IMG/VR virus record: IMGVR_UViG_3300017731_002846
Coordinates: 41,905-105,904 of that record
DNA length: 64,000 nucleotides
Source of the DNA: a virus
Reading direction: 5' to 3' (one strand)
Shown piece by piece: positions 37,333-47,950 of this stretch (position 1 is its first letter; each line of letters begins with the position of its first letter). The notes beneath the pieces were generated by a model, which saw only the letters and a list, made by a program, of their open reading frames with translations, was not told where the DNA came from and searched no databases. The position numbers were made by a program, and so were the translations under genes.

Positions 37333-38099
37333 TAGAACTCAGGCAAGTAATAATCAGGAAACCAATTATTTTTACACTCATTAACTCGATACATTTCTAG
37401 GTCAGGATTAATTATCTTTGCCCAGCTGGAAAAGGCAGAGTGAGATTTTATAACACACCCACACTTTGATAGAAGTAGCATTTCTATAATAGAATTTTTG
37501 GTAATAGTGAGTTTATCGGGATTGGAGGATAATGTCTTGTGGAAATGTGGAGATGAATCGGTTGATAAAACTGCAAGACCTAAATTTTTAAGAAGTCTTA
37601 TAATGGTTTGCTTACTATCTTCATCATCTGATATAACAAATACTGAATCGAAACAACGGCCTTTTAAAAAAGAATTTAATTTTAATAAAAAATTATCCAA
37701 ATCAATGACTTTGCAATCTTTATTGTTGGTTAATTTATCTGTACCTCGAAAGTGAATGCCAAGGCATTTTTGTGGTATAAAATCAATATCAAGTTGATCT
37801 GTGATGCTTGAGCAAAACCGAAAGTACTCATTAAAGTAAAAGTTAGCTTCCTTGAAATCGGTATATTTGTGTCTTTCTATATCTAATAGCTCTATTGTTT
37901 CCGTTGAGCTTTTCGATTGCTTTTTTGGCTTAATAATGTGGGGGATAATTCTATCTTGATCTAACGGGTTTCCGTGGTTTATATTTCTAATATCCCATTC
38001 AGGGTATATTTTATTTTTATGTAAATAAGGTAGTCTTGCATTGATCCAGTTTAAAGACGAACCAAATAAACCTTCCTTGCTCTCATTGAAAATTTTCAT
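37332..38099 (-). CDS. NodZ/O-fucosyltransferase-like GT-B
   Basis: GLFG, GIHFRGTDK, FVISDD, EMLLLSKC...SAFS. Confidence 0.8.
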   Translation of the reverse strand: MKIFNESKEGLFGSSLNWINARLPYLHKNKIYPEWDIRNINHGNPLDQDRIIPHIIKPKKQSKSSTETIELLDIERHKYTDFKEANFYFNEYFRFCSSITDQLDIDFIPQKCLGIHFRGTDKLTNNKDCKVIDLDNFLLKLNSFLKGRCFDSVFVISDDEDSKQTIIRLLKNLGLAVLSTDSSPHFHKTLSSNPDKLTITKNSIIEMLLLSKCGCVIKSHSAFSSWAKIINPDLEMYRVNECKNNWFPDYYLPEF

Positions 38100-38746
38100 T
38101 TGTTGATGTTAAACTTCAATACAGGCTTATCTTTCCATGGATTGATTTGCATTGGTAGTATGCCTGATTTTTCTAAATGCTTGGCTACAGCAAGATCTTC
38201 ATAAATATCGCGATATCTAACTTCTGAAAGATTGTTAAGATTTTTGAATTTATTTAAAGACCGAGAACTAAGCAAATAAGTTGTACCTCCGTCAATCCAG
38301 TCTACATACTCGCCGTTGTATCTTTTGTTATACCAAGGAGAATCTTCTGCAACTCTTCCTATGTGCCAGCCCCGCTTGCCTTCCTTTTGCATTAGTTTGA
38401 AACCTGCATAATCAAGGCCCCCTAGTGAATCTATCAGCCCCTGCTCACGTCCTTCATTCCAGCGCATAAAATCAACATCATCATCTATCTTCCAAAAATA
38501 GTCATACTGATCTGTATAATTATTGGCGGCCAAATATTTATATATGGCGAACATTTTTTCTGGCAGATCTTCGTACAAATCGCGGCATTTTAATTGAATT
38601 ACATTTTCTTCTAATTGTTTTTCTTCTTCGCCACCGACAAAAATTAAGTAATCACCAAGCTTCCATTTGTTGACGCGAGCTTTTATATCTTCAACTCTGT
38701 GGATATACTTATGGCAACACACAAAAACTTTAAATACTTTTTTCAT
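38096..38746 (-). CDS. GT31 (galactosyl_T/Fringe)-like glycosyltransferase
   Basis: YEDLPEK, KIDDD, GG..YLLS, EDLAV. Confidence 0.8.
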   Translation of the reverse strand: MKKVFKVFVCCHKYIHRVEDIKARVNKWKLGDYLIFVGGEEEKQLEENVIQLKCRDLYEDLPEKMFAIYKYLAANNYTDQYDYFWKIDDDVDFMRWNEGREQGLIDSLGGLDYAGFKLMQKEGKRGWHIGRVAEDSPWYNKRYNGEYVDWIDGGTTYLLSSRSLNKFKNLNNLSEVRYRDIYEDLAVAKHLEKSGILPMQINPWKDKPVLKFNINK

Positions 38747-39372
38747 ACTAGCCAGTGATTAAATTGTTTCATTTTATCCATCTTTCCTTCTATAGAGTCT
38801 ATACTATTATAATGAATAATAGATGGATTCAATTTTTTATGCCATTTATACCATCGATAGCCATTAGGGAAATTATCTCGATTAAGCTTGTGAACCTTTA
38901 AATCAGAATATTTATCTAGTTGTAATTTAGTGTGAATATAATTTTGATCGCCTTGCTCGCCGTCCAGGATAAGTTGCTCGCTCGTGTCAAAAAGATCTAT
39001 CGTTAAATCAGAAGGCTTAGCCATATAAAAGCCCGTACAAAGTCTATCGAAATCATTTTGCCCAACGATATCAAAATTATTAAGCAACTCATACATGTAT
39101 TCTATCGGGTCTTTTAGGTAGAAAATATCCAAATCAGTGCAAAAAACAGTATAACCTTGTTTTAATAATTGATGGGTATATTCTAATTTTTTATATACAG
39201 TATCGAGAAAACCCTGGCTTTGCCAGTCTCCTGATTTGGTATCGACAGTTATTACCTTAACACCAGAAATGATTGAGTTAAAGGAGGATATGTTAGCTAA
39301 AAAATTATCATGAATAGGTTTGTATTCATTATCTCCAGAGCTAATTACAGAAATTAACTTTAAATTAGTCAT
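38743..39372 (-). CDS. Nucleotide-diphospho-sugar transferase (GT77/Nucleotid_trans-like)
   Basis: TDLDI...KDP, LCTGF, DQ, FPNG, IIHYN...K...MK...W. Confidence 0.82.
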   Translation of the reverse strand: MTNLKLISVISSGDNEYKPIHDNFLANISSFNSIISGVKVITVDTKSGDWQSQGFLDTVYKKLEYTHQLLKQGYTVFCTDLDIFYLKDPIEYMYELLNNFDIVGQNDFDRLCTGFYMAKPSDLTIDLFDTSEQLILDGEQGDQNYIHTKLQLDKYSDLKVHKLNRDNFPNGYRWYKWHKKLNPSIIHYNSIDSIEGKMDKMKQFNHWLV

Positions 39373-40156
39373 AGGTTATATGATCTTTGTAAGCCGGATA
39401 ATCTTTATTAAAATTTTTTGATTTCTTTTTACCTTGAATGTCAAGGCCTGATTCAAGCCTGTCTTTAACAAGATCAATATTTTGCAGCAATTCATCAACC
39501 CATTCTTCTCCGTTATGAGCAAAGCTTTGTAGTTTAATAATTAAATCTTCAGGTTTCATGAACCAAGATGCATGCCACCCAGATAATTCTTCTCTTTTAA
39601 TTGGTTGAGGAAATTTAGGGTGATCCCAGCGCCAGCCGCATTGCATGCCTTTCCATCGAGCCATCCTTTTTTTAAGCTCACCCCAATAGGAAAATATAAT
39701 ACTATAATGATCCCATGCGCCAAGATAGCAATCCCATGATACATTAAACCAGTGAGGGCAAACTAAAAGTGGAGCATCTTGAGGCAACTCTTCTTTGTAA
39801 TTTAAGATTAATCTAGGATCAATAATTTCGTCTAAATCACAAAATGAAACAATGTCTTTATCATTCAAGTTAAGAGAGGCCACACCTTTAGATAAGACCT
39901 CATATCTTTGGGCATACTCTCTCTTCCAGTTATCTTTCCCTCGAGTGTTGCTTTTTATATGAACTATCTTGTCGGAAAATTGAGAAAACCTTTTTTTGTT
40001 TTCTTCGAAGTGCAATGGTTTTTTGTTGCCGCTAAAAGTCCATGAGTTTTCATAGACAACAAACTTATCTACATAATCGTTTAATTCATGTAGCCTGAAA
40101 TTAAGTATATCAAGCTCATTATTAAACATAAAGGCATCTATTATCTTAGGCTTCAT
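39365..40156 (-). CDS. GT17 family glycosyltransferase
   Basis: IIDAFMFNNELDIL.FRL.EL..YVD.FV..E...TFSG..KPL.F, DLDEI, GWH.SW, KL.SFAH. Confidence 0.9.
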   Translation of the reverse strand: MKPKIIDAFMFNNELDILNFRLHELNDYVDKFVVYENSWTFSGNKKPLHFEENKKRFSQFSDKIVHIKSNTRGKDNWKREYAQRYEVLSKGVASLNLNDKDIVSFCDLDEIIDPRLILNYKEELPQDAPLLVCPHWFNVSWDCYLGAWDHYSIIFSYWGELKKRMARWKGMQCGWRWDHPKFPQPIKREELSGWHASWFMKPEDLIIKLQSFAHNGEEWVDELLQNIDLVKDRLESGLDIQGKKKSKNFNKDYPAYKDHITYD

Positions 40157-40767
40157 GACCATTTTTTATAATTAAGAAATTTTAAGTCATTCAAATAAAC
40201 ACTCTCTAAGATATCGAGAGATTCTTTGTTTAAAATTTGATTTTTATCCTTATTGACACCTTGATTTTTATGAGGTATAGCAATATTAAACTCAAGTGTA
40301 GACAAAATTTTAGGTAGTTCGTAGCTAATGTTTTCTAGCCTAATTAAATGATCAACAAGAAGGTTGTTTTTAAAGTAAAAAGCATTCCATTGGAGCTGAA
40401 AATGTAAATCTATTTTGTTTGGGTTAGATTTTTTTGTTAAATTTTTAGCAACGAAATCATTTATGTCAGAACATGGGTCTATTCGATTTTTTTTAGCAAG
40501 ATAAAAATAAGCTGAGATGAATTTATCTAAGGGGTGCCTGCATATGGCAAAAGTATTTAATCTCTGCCATTCTTTCTCGTTTAAATATTTTTCAGAATAA
40601 GAAAGCCATAAATCTTTATCATCTTTCTTTACAATAGCTCTATCTCTTAGTATGTTTCTTGTTATGCTAGTTTGAGCTGCTTTATTTATAGGTATATAAG
40701 CAAATGCACCAAGCTTGTCAAAGATAATGGGATTTGGTAATTTAGATAAATATTGAAATTTATCCAT
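40153..40767 (-). CDS. Sulfotransferase family 2
   Basis: YIPINKAAQTS, RHPLDKFISAY, HF..Q. Confidence 0.85.
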   Translation of the reverse strand: MDKFQYLSKLPNPIIFDKLGAFAYIPINKAAQTSITRNILRDRAIVKKDDKDLWLSYSEKYLNEKEWQRLNTFAICRHPLDKFISAYFYLAKKNRIDPCSDINDFVAKNLTKKSNPNKIDLHFQLQWNAFYFKNNLLVDHLIRLENISYELPKILSTLEFNIAIPHKNQGVNKDKNQILNKESLDILESVYLNDLKFLNYKKWS

Positions 40768-41560
40768 TTGGAAAAACCTCCGAATAGGCTTTTAATTTTG
40801 CAGAATCTTCAGAAAAGCCTTTTGATATTAGGTCCCATTTTTTATTAAAATATGATTTCCCTAAATGACTTGTAAATTGTTTAGGATTTTTATCGTGATC
40901 TAAATGAAAGCCAATTGTTTGAAGACAAAATTTAATCGACTTACCTAACCTTGATAATCTTCTAGCAATGTCAAAATCTTCTCCGCCCCAACCTTTAAAA
41001 TTTTCATCTAAACCCCCAACTTCATCGAAGTCTTTTCTGGAACAAGACCAATTTCCTCCGTGCATCCTTCTTGCAACGGTATCTTTACCGTCAAAAATGT
41101 AGGGTTTTTCTGTTTTTTCGATAAACCGAGACCTCCTGTCTTTATTTGATAAAGACCTGATAAATGAAAAATTATTCTTGATTAAATCTTTAGTCACAAG
41201 AGGGACTTTATTAATTGGTATTGAAGGGTAAGATCCTGCTACTACATCACCCGCGAATTGTAAATGAGAATAGATGTGATCTGGAGACCATATAATATCT
41301 GAATTACCAAAAATTAATCTATCTCCAGTTGCTAGTTCGGCGCCTCGATTCCAAATATATGCAAGCCTGTAACCCTCATTTGGGCGGTTAAAATATTTTA
41401 TCCCCTCTTTTTTTAAATATTCTACGGTTCCATCTGTTGATCCATCATCAGCTATAATAATCTCAAAATCTTTTTCTGTTTGATACTTCAAGCTTTCAAT
41501 ACTTAACTCAAGTGCGGATAGGTTATTGTAAGACGATAATATGATAGAAACTTTAGGCAT
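40760..41560 (-). CDS. GT2 glycosyltransferase with GT7C-like C-terminus
   Basis: VSIIL..YN, ADDGSTD, N.G, NSD, GGLDENFKGWGGED. Confidence 0.9.
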   Translation of the reverse strand: MPKVSIILSSYNNLSALELSIESLKYQTEKDFEIIIADDGSTDGTVEYLKKEGIKYFNRPNEGYRLAYIWNRGAELATGDRLIFGNSDIIWSPDHIYSHLQFAGDVVAGSYPSIPINKVPLVTKDLIKNNFSFIRSLSNKDRRSRFIEKTEKPYIFDGKDTVARRMHGGNWSCSRKDFDEVGGLDENFKGWGGEDFDIARRLSRLGKSIKFCLQTIGFHLDHDKNPKQFTSHLGKSYFNKKWDLISKGFSEDSAKLKAYSEVFPNG

Positions 41561-42215
41561 AACTGACACTTTCTCCTATTTTGTTTTTATTCCATTTTTT
41601 TAAATTATATTGCTCGCCCCATTTTCTGCCAGCATCTTCAAATACACCGTTAAAGCTAATCCGATTTACATTTTTTAAGTGATTAGGATCTTTAGATTTC
41701 GTTTGTTTGTGGTGATTAATAAGTAGCTGTTCTGGATCAATAGACTCTTCTGAAGCTGCAAAGGGTTTGTATACATTTTTCACAAAGAAATCTTTGCTCC
41801 ACATAGTTGGGTTGAACGAAAACTCAAAAAAATGATGAAAATGAAAGCCAATATATTCGTAGTCGCTATCAACTAATTCACCCATATTAAAGGGAATGAG
41901 TAAATCCCAGTCATCTTCAAGCCACATAACATAGCCGTCTAAGTTTTGAAGCTCGTTGTATGCCGAAGTGATTACATGCTTTGCCGCCGAATAAAAGCAA
42001 GCCTTGTCTGATATATGTAAATCTTGAGTGCCTCCGGTAAAGTGTTTAAAATTATCTATAGCTTCTTGTGTTTTTTTAAATGGAGAATCTAAATTAATAA
42101 ACCATTTATAATTAATATCTTGATCTTCAAGTATATCGAAGAATGGTGGCAAGGTCTGATTGTGTAAATCAGGCCTATCAATTGCTGTAGTTAATATGTA
42201 AAGATCGTAATGCAT
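41553..42215 (-). CDS. Putative GT-A glycosyltransferase
   Basis: TTA.DRP.L, WFINLD, WLEDDW, SFNP..W. Confidence 0.65.
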   Translation of the reverse strand: MHYDLYILTTAIDRPDLHNQTLPPFFDILEDQDINYKWFINLDSPFKKTQEAIDNFKHFTGGTQDLHISDKACFYSAAKHVITSAYNELQNLDGYVMWLEDDWDLLIPFNMGELVDSDYEYIGFHFHHFFEFSFNPTMWSKDFFVKNVYKPFAASEESIDPEQLLINHHKQTKSKDPNHLKNVNRISFNGVFEDAGRKWGEQYNLKKWNKNKIGESVSYA

Positions 42216-42217
42216 TG

Positions 42218-42739
42218 TTAAGATTTTCTGTGAGAGCCATGTAGCCCGTATATTGGATCAACATAAGACCTGGGTAGTGTGGAGATTTCAGCATATCTCT
42301 TGTTCATTTTATCAATTCTTGTAAGCATTTGTTGCTTAATGGATTCAGTGCTTTGATTAGGTAATAAGCTTGTAGGAAAAAAATTCAAAAAAGAGTCGAA
42401 GATATAATCCGTATCACGTAATTTATTAAACTCTATAATAAGAATATTGTCTCTCGATAAATATTTACTATCTAAATTTCTGAAAACTCTTTTTGGTCTA
42501 AGTGGATCGTTTTCACGATAAGAGCTTACAAAAAATAATTCATACCTAGGGCCAAATCTTCTTTCAAAATCATCCAGTTTTAGGTAGTGAGTTTTGGTAA
42601 CAAGATTATCTTCAATGTTAGAGTCTACGCCAAAGACGGCGGGAGAATCGGGGCAAAAAAAACCAACCAGATAATTGATTAGTAAAGTGCTTCCAGTAAA
42701 CTCTCCAGAAGCCTGTATGATTCTGGCATTTGATTTCAT
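42218..42739 (-). CDS. Short sulfotransferase-like protein
   Basis: FTGSTLL.N 5'-PSB-like motif, TKTH, SYR. Confidence 0.5.
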   Translation of the reverse strand: MKSNARIIQASGEFTGSTLLINYLVGFFCPDSPAVFGVDSNIEDNLVTKTHYLKLDDFERRFGPRYELFFVSSYRENDPLRPKRVFRNLDSKYLSRDNILIIEFNKLRDTDYIFDSFLNFFPTSLLPNQSTESIKQQMLTRIDKMNKRYAEISTLPRSYVDPIYGLHGSHRKS

Positions 42740-42740
42740 A

Positions 42741-43598
42741 TTAAAAGAGAATTGTTTGATTGAATTTAGGCATAAAGAGTCTGGGCCAATAATTAAAGTT
42801 AGATTGATTGCAGATTAAAAAATCAGAATGATTCTTCATCAAAAACATACATGTTGCTGCTTCATTTATTTTCTTTAAGGAGTCATTTTCTTTTGTCAAG
42901 TGTAAGGCTTGGTTGTTATCGGGATAAGAATTTAAAGTATCAATGCACTCGTATTCTTCTGATAATAATTTTGCAAAATATTGACAATCAGTAAATATCA
43001 TAACCAGTAAATCACTATTAAATGATAATAATTCATCTATTTTTTTCTTGTATAATTTAAAGCAGTTGATTATGTTGTTTTGTTTTGTATCCCCTTCAGA
43101 AAAACCTAATAATCTGAATTGCTTGCGATTGCCTCTAAATAAGAATTGATCGTGATCGCCATAGCGAAAATGAACAGATAATATTTCGCGCCCTTTTAGT
43201 TTTTTTTTATAAAAATTTTTAATGGTGTTTCTAATTGATGTATTTAAGTTAAGTTTTTTAAGAAAATTATATGCAATGAAGTCCTGCTCTAATTCATCGA
43301 ATTTATAATCTTTTAGCATCATTTTTGAGTATTGATTTGAAAATTTATTTTTAATTTGAATATCATAATCATTATTAAAATCACAAGGTTCAAAAATCTG
43401 AACCCCATCAATGCTTTCATTATTAAATATGGTGCTAAATAAATTAACTGGAGTTTTATAATTATTGTAAACGGTTTTTTGCCAATCGACTATTAAATCA
43501 GAATTAGATTTTTTTGCAAGATACCAGCATAATGCCGCATTACCCAAGATATCCCCGAGGCCGCAATTTCTGTTAGCTATAAGAAAGGGTTTACTCAT
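42741..43598 (-). CDS. NodZ-like fucosyltransferase
   Basis: GLGD.L......IVDW, NLF..IF, SVHFRYGD, IFTD, MFLM...S.F. Confidence 0.8.
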   Translation of the reverse strand: MSKPFLIANRNCGLGDILGNAALCWYLAKKSNSDLIVDWQKTVYNNYKTPVNLFSTIFNNESIDGVQIFEPCDFNNDYDIQIKNKFSNQYSKMMLKDYKFDELEQDFIAYNFLKKLNLNTSIRNTIKNFYKKKLKGREILSVHFRYGDHDQFLFRGNRKQFRLLGFSEGDTKQNNIINCFKLYKKKIDELLSFNSDLLVMIFTDCQYFAKLLSEEYECIDTLNSYPDNNQALHLTKENDSLKKINEAATCMFLMKNHSDFLICNQSNFNYWPRLFMPKFNQTILF

Positions 43599-44340
43599 GC
43601 CCATTGAAACCTCTCATATGGAAAATTTTAGTTTGATTAAAGTCCCAGTCGCTTTCTAGCAAGTGTTTGTATTGAGCATTTCTGCAATTCCAAATTTTGT
43701 TGTCTAATATATTCCAGTGTAGCGACCTGGCAATGTTAATCATATTCTTGATAGAATAAGGTTTGCCATCTGGGTTTTTATGCTGCATCCTTAATATGCC
43801 ATTGAAGCACCCCTGGTCATCGGGAGTTTTGTTTGAAAACTTTTTTTGCTCAGAGATAACCTTCGCTTTTGTTGATAGCATTTGATCTAGCCATAATTCA
43901 AGAAAATTCACAAGAATATCGTTATTTTTGTTAAAAGCTAAAACTCCGGTATTTAAAATTTCTTTATCCAAGAATTCCGTACCGACACAAAAATCAAAAC
44001 TTTCAAGCTGATCAAAAAGGTCAGAAATATTTTGTGCAATATAAGTATCGCAATCTAAAAAGACAGTTTTTTCATATGGACTATTTTTGATACCAAAAAC
44101 CTTTGGGATAAAACCAAAGTCATTTTTTATTGGGATTATTTTATCAGCTGAAGATTCGCAAAACAACTCCTTATTAAAATCAGAAAACACAGTTATATTT
44201 AAATCTGGATTAGATTTTTTAAGGGAATTTATTGAGTTTAAAACATCTCTTAGTATAGATTTTTTACCACTGTTGAATTTAAAAGGAGATGGTGAGGTTT
44301 CCGGATCAACCGCTACATAAATAACTCCGCAATTATTCAC
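43591..44340 (-). CDS. GT-A glycosyltransferase (GT8/Nucleotid_trans-like)
   Basis: GVIYVA, SPYEKTVFLDCD, NTGV, DQ, WNCR, KIFH. Confidence 0.8.
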   Translation of the reverse strand: MNNCGVIYVAVDPETSPSPFKFNSGKKSILRDVLNSINSLKKSNPDLNITVFSDFNKELFCESSADKIIPIKNDFGFIPKVFGIKNSPYEKTVFLDCDTYIAQNISDLFDQLESFDFCVGTEFLDKEILNTGVLAFNKNNDILVNFLELWLDQMLSTKAKVISEQKKFSNKTPDDQGCFNGILRMQHKNPDGKPYSIKNMINIARSLHWNILDNKIWNCRNAQYKHLLESDWDFNQTKIFHMRGFNGHE

Positions 44341-46057
44341 TTTTTTGTTTTACTTGAGAATACTTATTTTCATAGAAATCACTAATGCTTTCATCTATAT
44401 CTGAGGGTCTAGCTAGTGGGTTTCTATACATAGAAATTTCTCTAATCAACATTTCAGATATATGTAATGATAAAAGAAAAGGCGAGTTTTCTTTGTAAAG
44501 TCTTTGAAATTTTGGATTCCCGTTATTAATTAATATTGTAAAGTCAGATATATCATCAACTTTAGACATTAATTTTTTTTGATCTTCTCCAAAGTCAATA
44601 ATTTTATACCTTAATCTTTTGGATTGTTTGGGTTTTTGGTTTTTGAATTTATCCCAAAGAGGCGGGATATTGTTTTCAGGCTCAGGCTCTTGTTCTTCCT
44701 CCTCTTCTTCTGGTTCAAGCTCTTCGGGTTCTGGCTCAAAAACCCATTCTTTGTCGATAGTAAATTCAGCAAATTTTTCCAATTCTTGACGCTCTTCCTC
44801 TTCTTGGATTTCTTCTTCGCTTAAGTCTTCATCATCTTCTTCTTCCTCTTCGTCATCCCAGAGGTCGGAGAAGTCTTCATCTTCAAAGTATTCCGCCAAC
44901 ATACTTGAGACTTCATTAGCCAAAGCATCAAGGATGTTCATTTTCTCTTCTTGATTTAATTTAATATATTCAACAATCCATTCGATTATAACTTTATAAA
45001 CTCGAGTATAGAAAGGTATCGTTACTGGATGATCGTTACGTAGACCGTGATGCGATAAATCTTTGGCGGGCATTCCGGTGTTATCCATTACTTCAGATAA
45101 TTCATTGCACGAAATAAAACCAATTAATTGATTAAATACATTATGAATCTTATCTTTGTTTTCAATTGCCTCTCCATTTTTATCTTCTAACCAATTAAGG
45201 GTTGATTCAATCCTATCTTGATCTGATTAATGCAAAGGGCAAATTTTAACTTTAGAAATAATGTCAATATTTTTAAGGGGGTGGTTTTTAATCAAAGATC
45301 GATTATAAATCAATGAAAGCCTAAACTCAATGTTTCCTGTTTTCGTTTCACCATAATACTCATAATCAAAAGAACGACGAATAATAGGGATGTTTGAGCC
45401 AGGAAGTTTGTATGAAAAATCTAAGCTTTTACCATTAAGATAAATATTGAAACTCTTTCCTTCTTTCTCTAATTGGGGAAGCAAGAAGCCAAAGAATGTG
45501 CAAAGCTCGTTACTGATTGCCCCAGATGGCCATCCATTTTTTTGAATGTCCTCTTTTAAGGTAACTATTGTAATTTTAGTGCCAGACTCCGTCTCGATAG
45601 AACAATCGTCTGCGGCAATTTCTTTTAAAGAAGGAGAATATTCATTTAAAAACTCAGTTCCAGAGGGTTTATATTCAACCAAGAAACACTTGCCGTGCCT
45701 GTTTTTTGTTTCAATAGTCCAATGTATATCTGTTTCATGCGAAAGTTTGTCGTTGGCTAATTTACCACCGATCCCCATTTGGCCAAGCTTAACCCCTTTT
45801 CCACCAGTTAAGTCATAAGAGTTTCCAAAAACAAAATATTTTTCGAACCCACTCATGCCGTTTTCGTCTTCAAGATGATCAAAACCTTGACCGTCATCAA
45901 CCATAGTAGCGCTTGATTGATCAAAGTCAATTTTGCAGAAAGTTGAAAAATTTTGGATTGAGTTCTTAACTAACTCTGTGAATGCTTGAGGTATATTTAC
46001 TGTAGATTGAAGCAGCCTGCTTAAGTTGGCTCCTGTTTTAATTTGTATATTATTCAT
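44333..46057 (-). pseudogene. MORC/GHKL ATPase (~574 codons) interrupted by one in-frame TAA at 45229-45227
   Basis: ELVKNS, DDGQG, GQMGIGGK, GTKI GHKL motifs; after the TAA the same frame stays open for 46 codons into ORF 44333..45088. Confidence 0.8.
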
Positions 46058-46062
46058 AGTAT

Positions 46063-46536
46063 TTATATTACACTATATAGAAGTTCAGTTCTGTTTTGTT
46101 TTACAAATTTAGCTTTATTTTGCATAAACGACTCTATGTTTTTTTTGTTTTGTTTAAAGTCTTTTGTTTTTACTGGGTTAATAGCAATGCAGAAATATTT
46201 AATTGTATACTTGGAGAAATCGATAGACTCTAAAACTTCAAGTGCAATATCGGGGTCAAGTATAGATAGGAAATCAATAGATGTTGGAGAGTCGGACAAA
46301 GATTTGTAAACTTTATACCCTAAGTATTTCTCGCCTACAGATGTATTTGAGTCTTTGTTATTTTTAAACGGGCTAATTTCAACACATGTTAAATCTTTCG
46401 CAAAGCCTGTTTCGCGTAAGAACCAGCGGTCACTCAACCATTTACTTGTCGAGTTAACAACTTCGCCGCTATCAAGTTTTATTAAATTAATAACATGCTT
46501 ATTTGGGCCTTCAAGATGTGATGTTAAATTTTCCAT
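46063..46536 (-). CDS. FkbM-like methyltransferase fragment or degenerate homologue
   Basis: IDFLSI....LEVLESIDFSKY.I..FCI resembles the FkbM C-terminal half; SAM motif degenerate. Confidence 0.5.
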   Translation of the reverse strand: MENLTSHLEGPNKHVINLIKLDSGEVVNSTSKWLSDRWFLRETGFAKDLTCVEISPFKNNKDSNTSVGEKYLGYKVYKSLSDSPTSIDFLSILDPDIALEVLESIDFSKYTIKYFCIAINPVKTKDFKQNKKNIESFMQNKAKFVKQNRTELLYSVI

Positions 46537-47216
46537 TCTCTGCTATGCCTGCCTTTCCAGTTAGTTCCCGTGGCACCCAAGTGAACACAGTATTTTCCTT
46601 CTTTTAAATTGATACATTCGCCGCCTTTTCTTTTAAAATTTTCGGAAACAAAAAGATGATCTGATTTGCCAGCATGACCAAAATCTTCAGACATTCGAAT
46701 ATTTTTTCGGAACTTAAAAAGCTGCATATACCCGATGCCAGCAAGATCCGGCCCAGCCCTTCTGTCGACTCCTGTATCATGAGACTTGCCCGACTTAATG
46801 TGCTCTAAATATCTATTGAATTGATTTTCGTTTTGACAGAAAGCTCGAGATAATGAATATAGGTTTTTATCTTGTAAGTTAGATATTAAAGATTTTAATT
46901 CAGGGGGAAAAATAATATCAGAGTCAGTTAAGCAAATTAAATCATTAAAATTTTGATCATTTAAAAAATCAAAAAATTTATTATAAATTGCTCCCTTGTT
47001 GAAGTTGCCATGTTTTTTAACAATGTTATTGTCAACTATAAAGCATTCCACATTATCGTATTGTGAGCATATATCTATGCATTTTTTCTCTTCTCTGGTA
47101 GTGATGACATAAATAGTGTCAAATATTTTAGTATTAAATGGCAAAACTAATCCTAGGAAATCAGAATAGTTTACAGAAATTAATGCTGCAATTAGTTTTT
47201 TATTCAAAGTAGCCAT
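46524..47216 (-). CDS. Putative GT-A glycosyltransferase
   Basis: SVNYSDFL..VLP.N, FNKG, TDSDI, GYMQLF, HLG....NW.GR. Confidence 0.7.
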   Translation of the reverse strand: MATLNKKLIAALISVNYSDFLGLVLPFNTKIFDTIYVITTREEKKCIDICSQYDNVECFIVDNNIVKKHGNFNKGAIYNKFFDFLNDQNFNDLICLTDSDIIFPPELKSLISNLQDKNLYSLSRAFCQNENQFNRYLEHIKSGKSHDTGVDRRAGPDLAGIGYMQLFKFRKNIRMSEDFGHAGKSDHLFVSENFKRKGGECINLKEGKYCVHLGATGTNWKGRHSREWKI

Positions 47217-47950
47217 TTCTTTCTGTCTACAAATGATTGCTTTTTGTGCTCAGCCTCTTTTTTTGTGTTTGGGTGCCAAACATATGTTTCTTCCTCTATT
47301 GGTCCCCGCTTTACTAGGGGTTTACTTAATGCTAGTAAAGAGAGTCCTTGATAATTGTAATCTTGATCTGCGATATTATCAATAATTAACTCGTCGCCAA
47401 GTTTATGGGCTTGAGAAGATGGGTGGTTGCTTAATAAAAATTGATTAAAATTTTTCTGGTCAGACCCTTTAATTTCTCTGGTGTTAAGGAATCTATCTAA
47501 ATAGTTTATCGTTCTGTGATTACTGCGAAAGAAAATCCAGCCCATACAGCATGTAAACCCAAAGGCTTCGCGGACTTCTGGTGGAAATGCTTCTCCGTGA
47601 CGAACTGTAGAAACAATAATGTCTTGATTGTTTGACTCTATTAGTTCGGATATTGGATTTTTTAACCAAAGAGCATCAGTATCGGAGTGGATTATATCAA
47701 AACCTTCTTCTAGGTATTTTTTAAATATAAATGTCCTGCGCATTGTATGTTTGCACCCAGAAATCCAGTCGTCATTAAATTCATTAAGGACTCTTGAGTG
47801 ACATCCGTAAGATTTTAAATATTCATCAGACTCAGGGTCTAGGCATAAAACTTCATAATTATCTATAGATAATTTATTAAGATGTTTAACCCAGTTAAGT
47901 GCTATTTCTCTATAAGGGTAATTGCAGAATGATATAATTTTAAGCTTCAT
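47204..47950 (-). CDS. Nucleotide-diphospho-sugar transferase (GT77/Nucleotid_trans-like)
   Basis: A.NW..HL..L.I.NY, SDTDALWLKNP, CMGW, SDQ..FN, WHP. Confidence 0.82.
   Translation of the reverse strand: MKLKIISFCNYPYREIALNWVKHLNKLSIDNYEVLCLDPESDEYLKSYGCHSRVLNEFNDDWISGCKHTMRRTFIFKKYLEEGFDIIHSDTDALWLKNPISELIESNNQDIIVSTVRHGEAFPPEVREAFGFTCCMGWIFFRSNHRTINYLDRFLNTREIKGSDQKNFNQFLLSNHPSSQAHKLGDELIIDNIADQDYNYQGLSLLALSKPLVKRGPIEEETYVWHPNTKKEAEHKKQSFVDRKKWLL

Noticed and set aside
45227-45229. Genome-wide stop-codon reassignment
   Set aside because: TAA, TAG and TGA all end well-defined genes here and coding density is high under code 11; only this one internal stop was seen.
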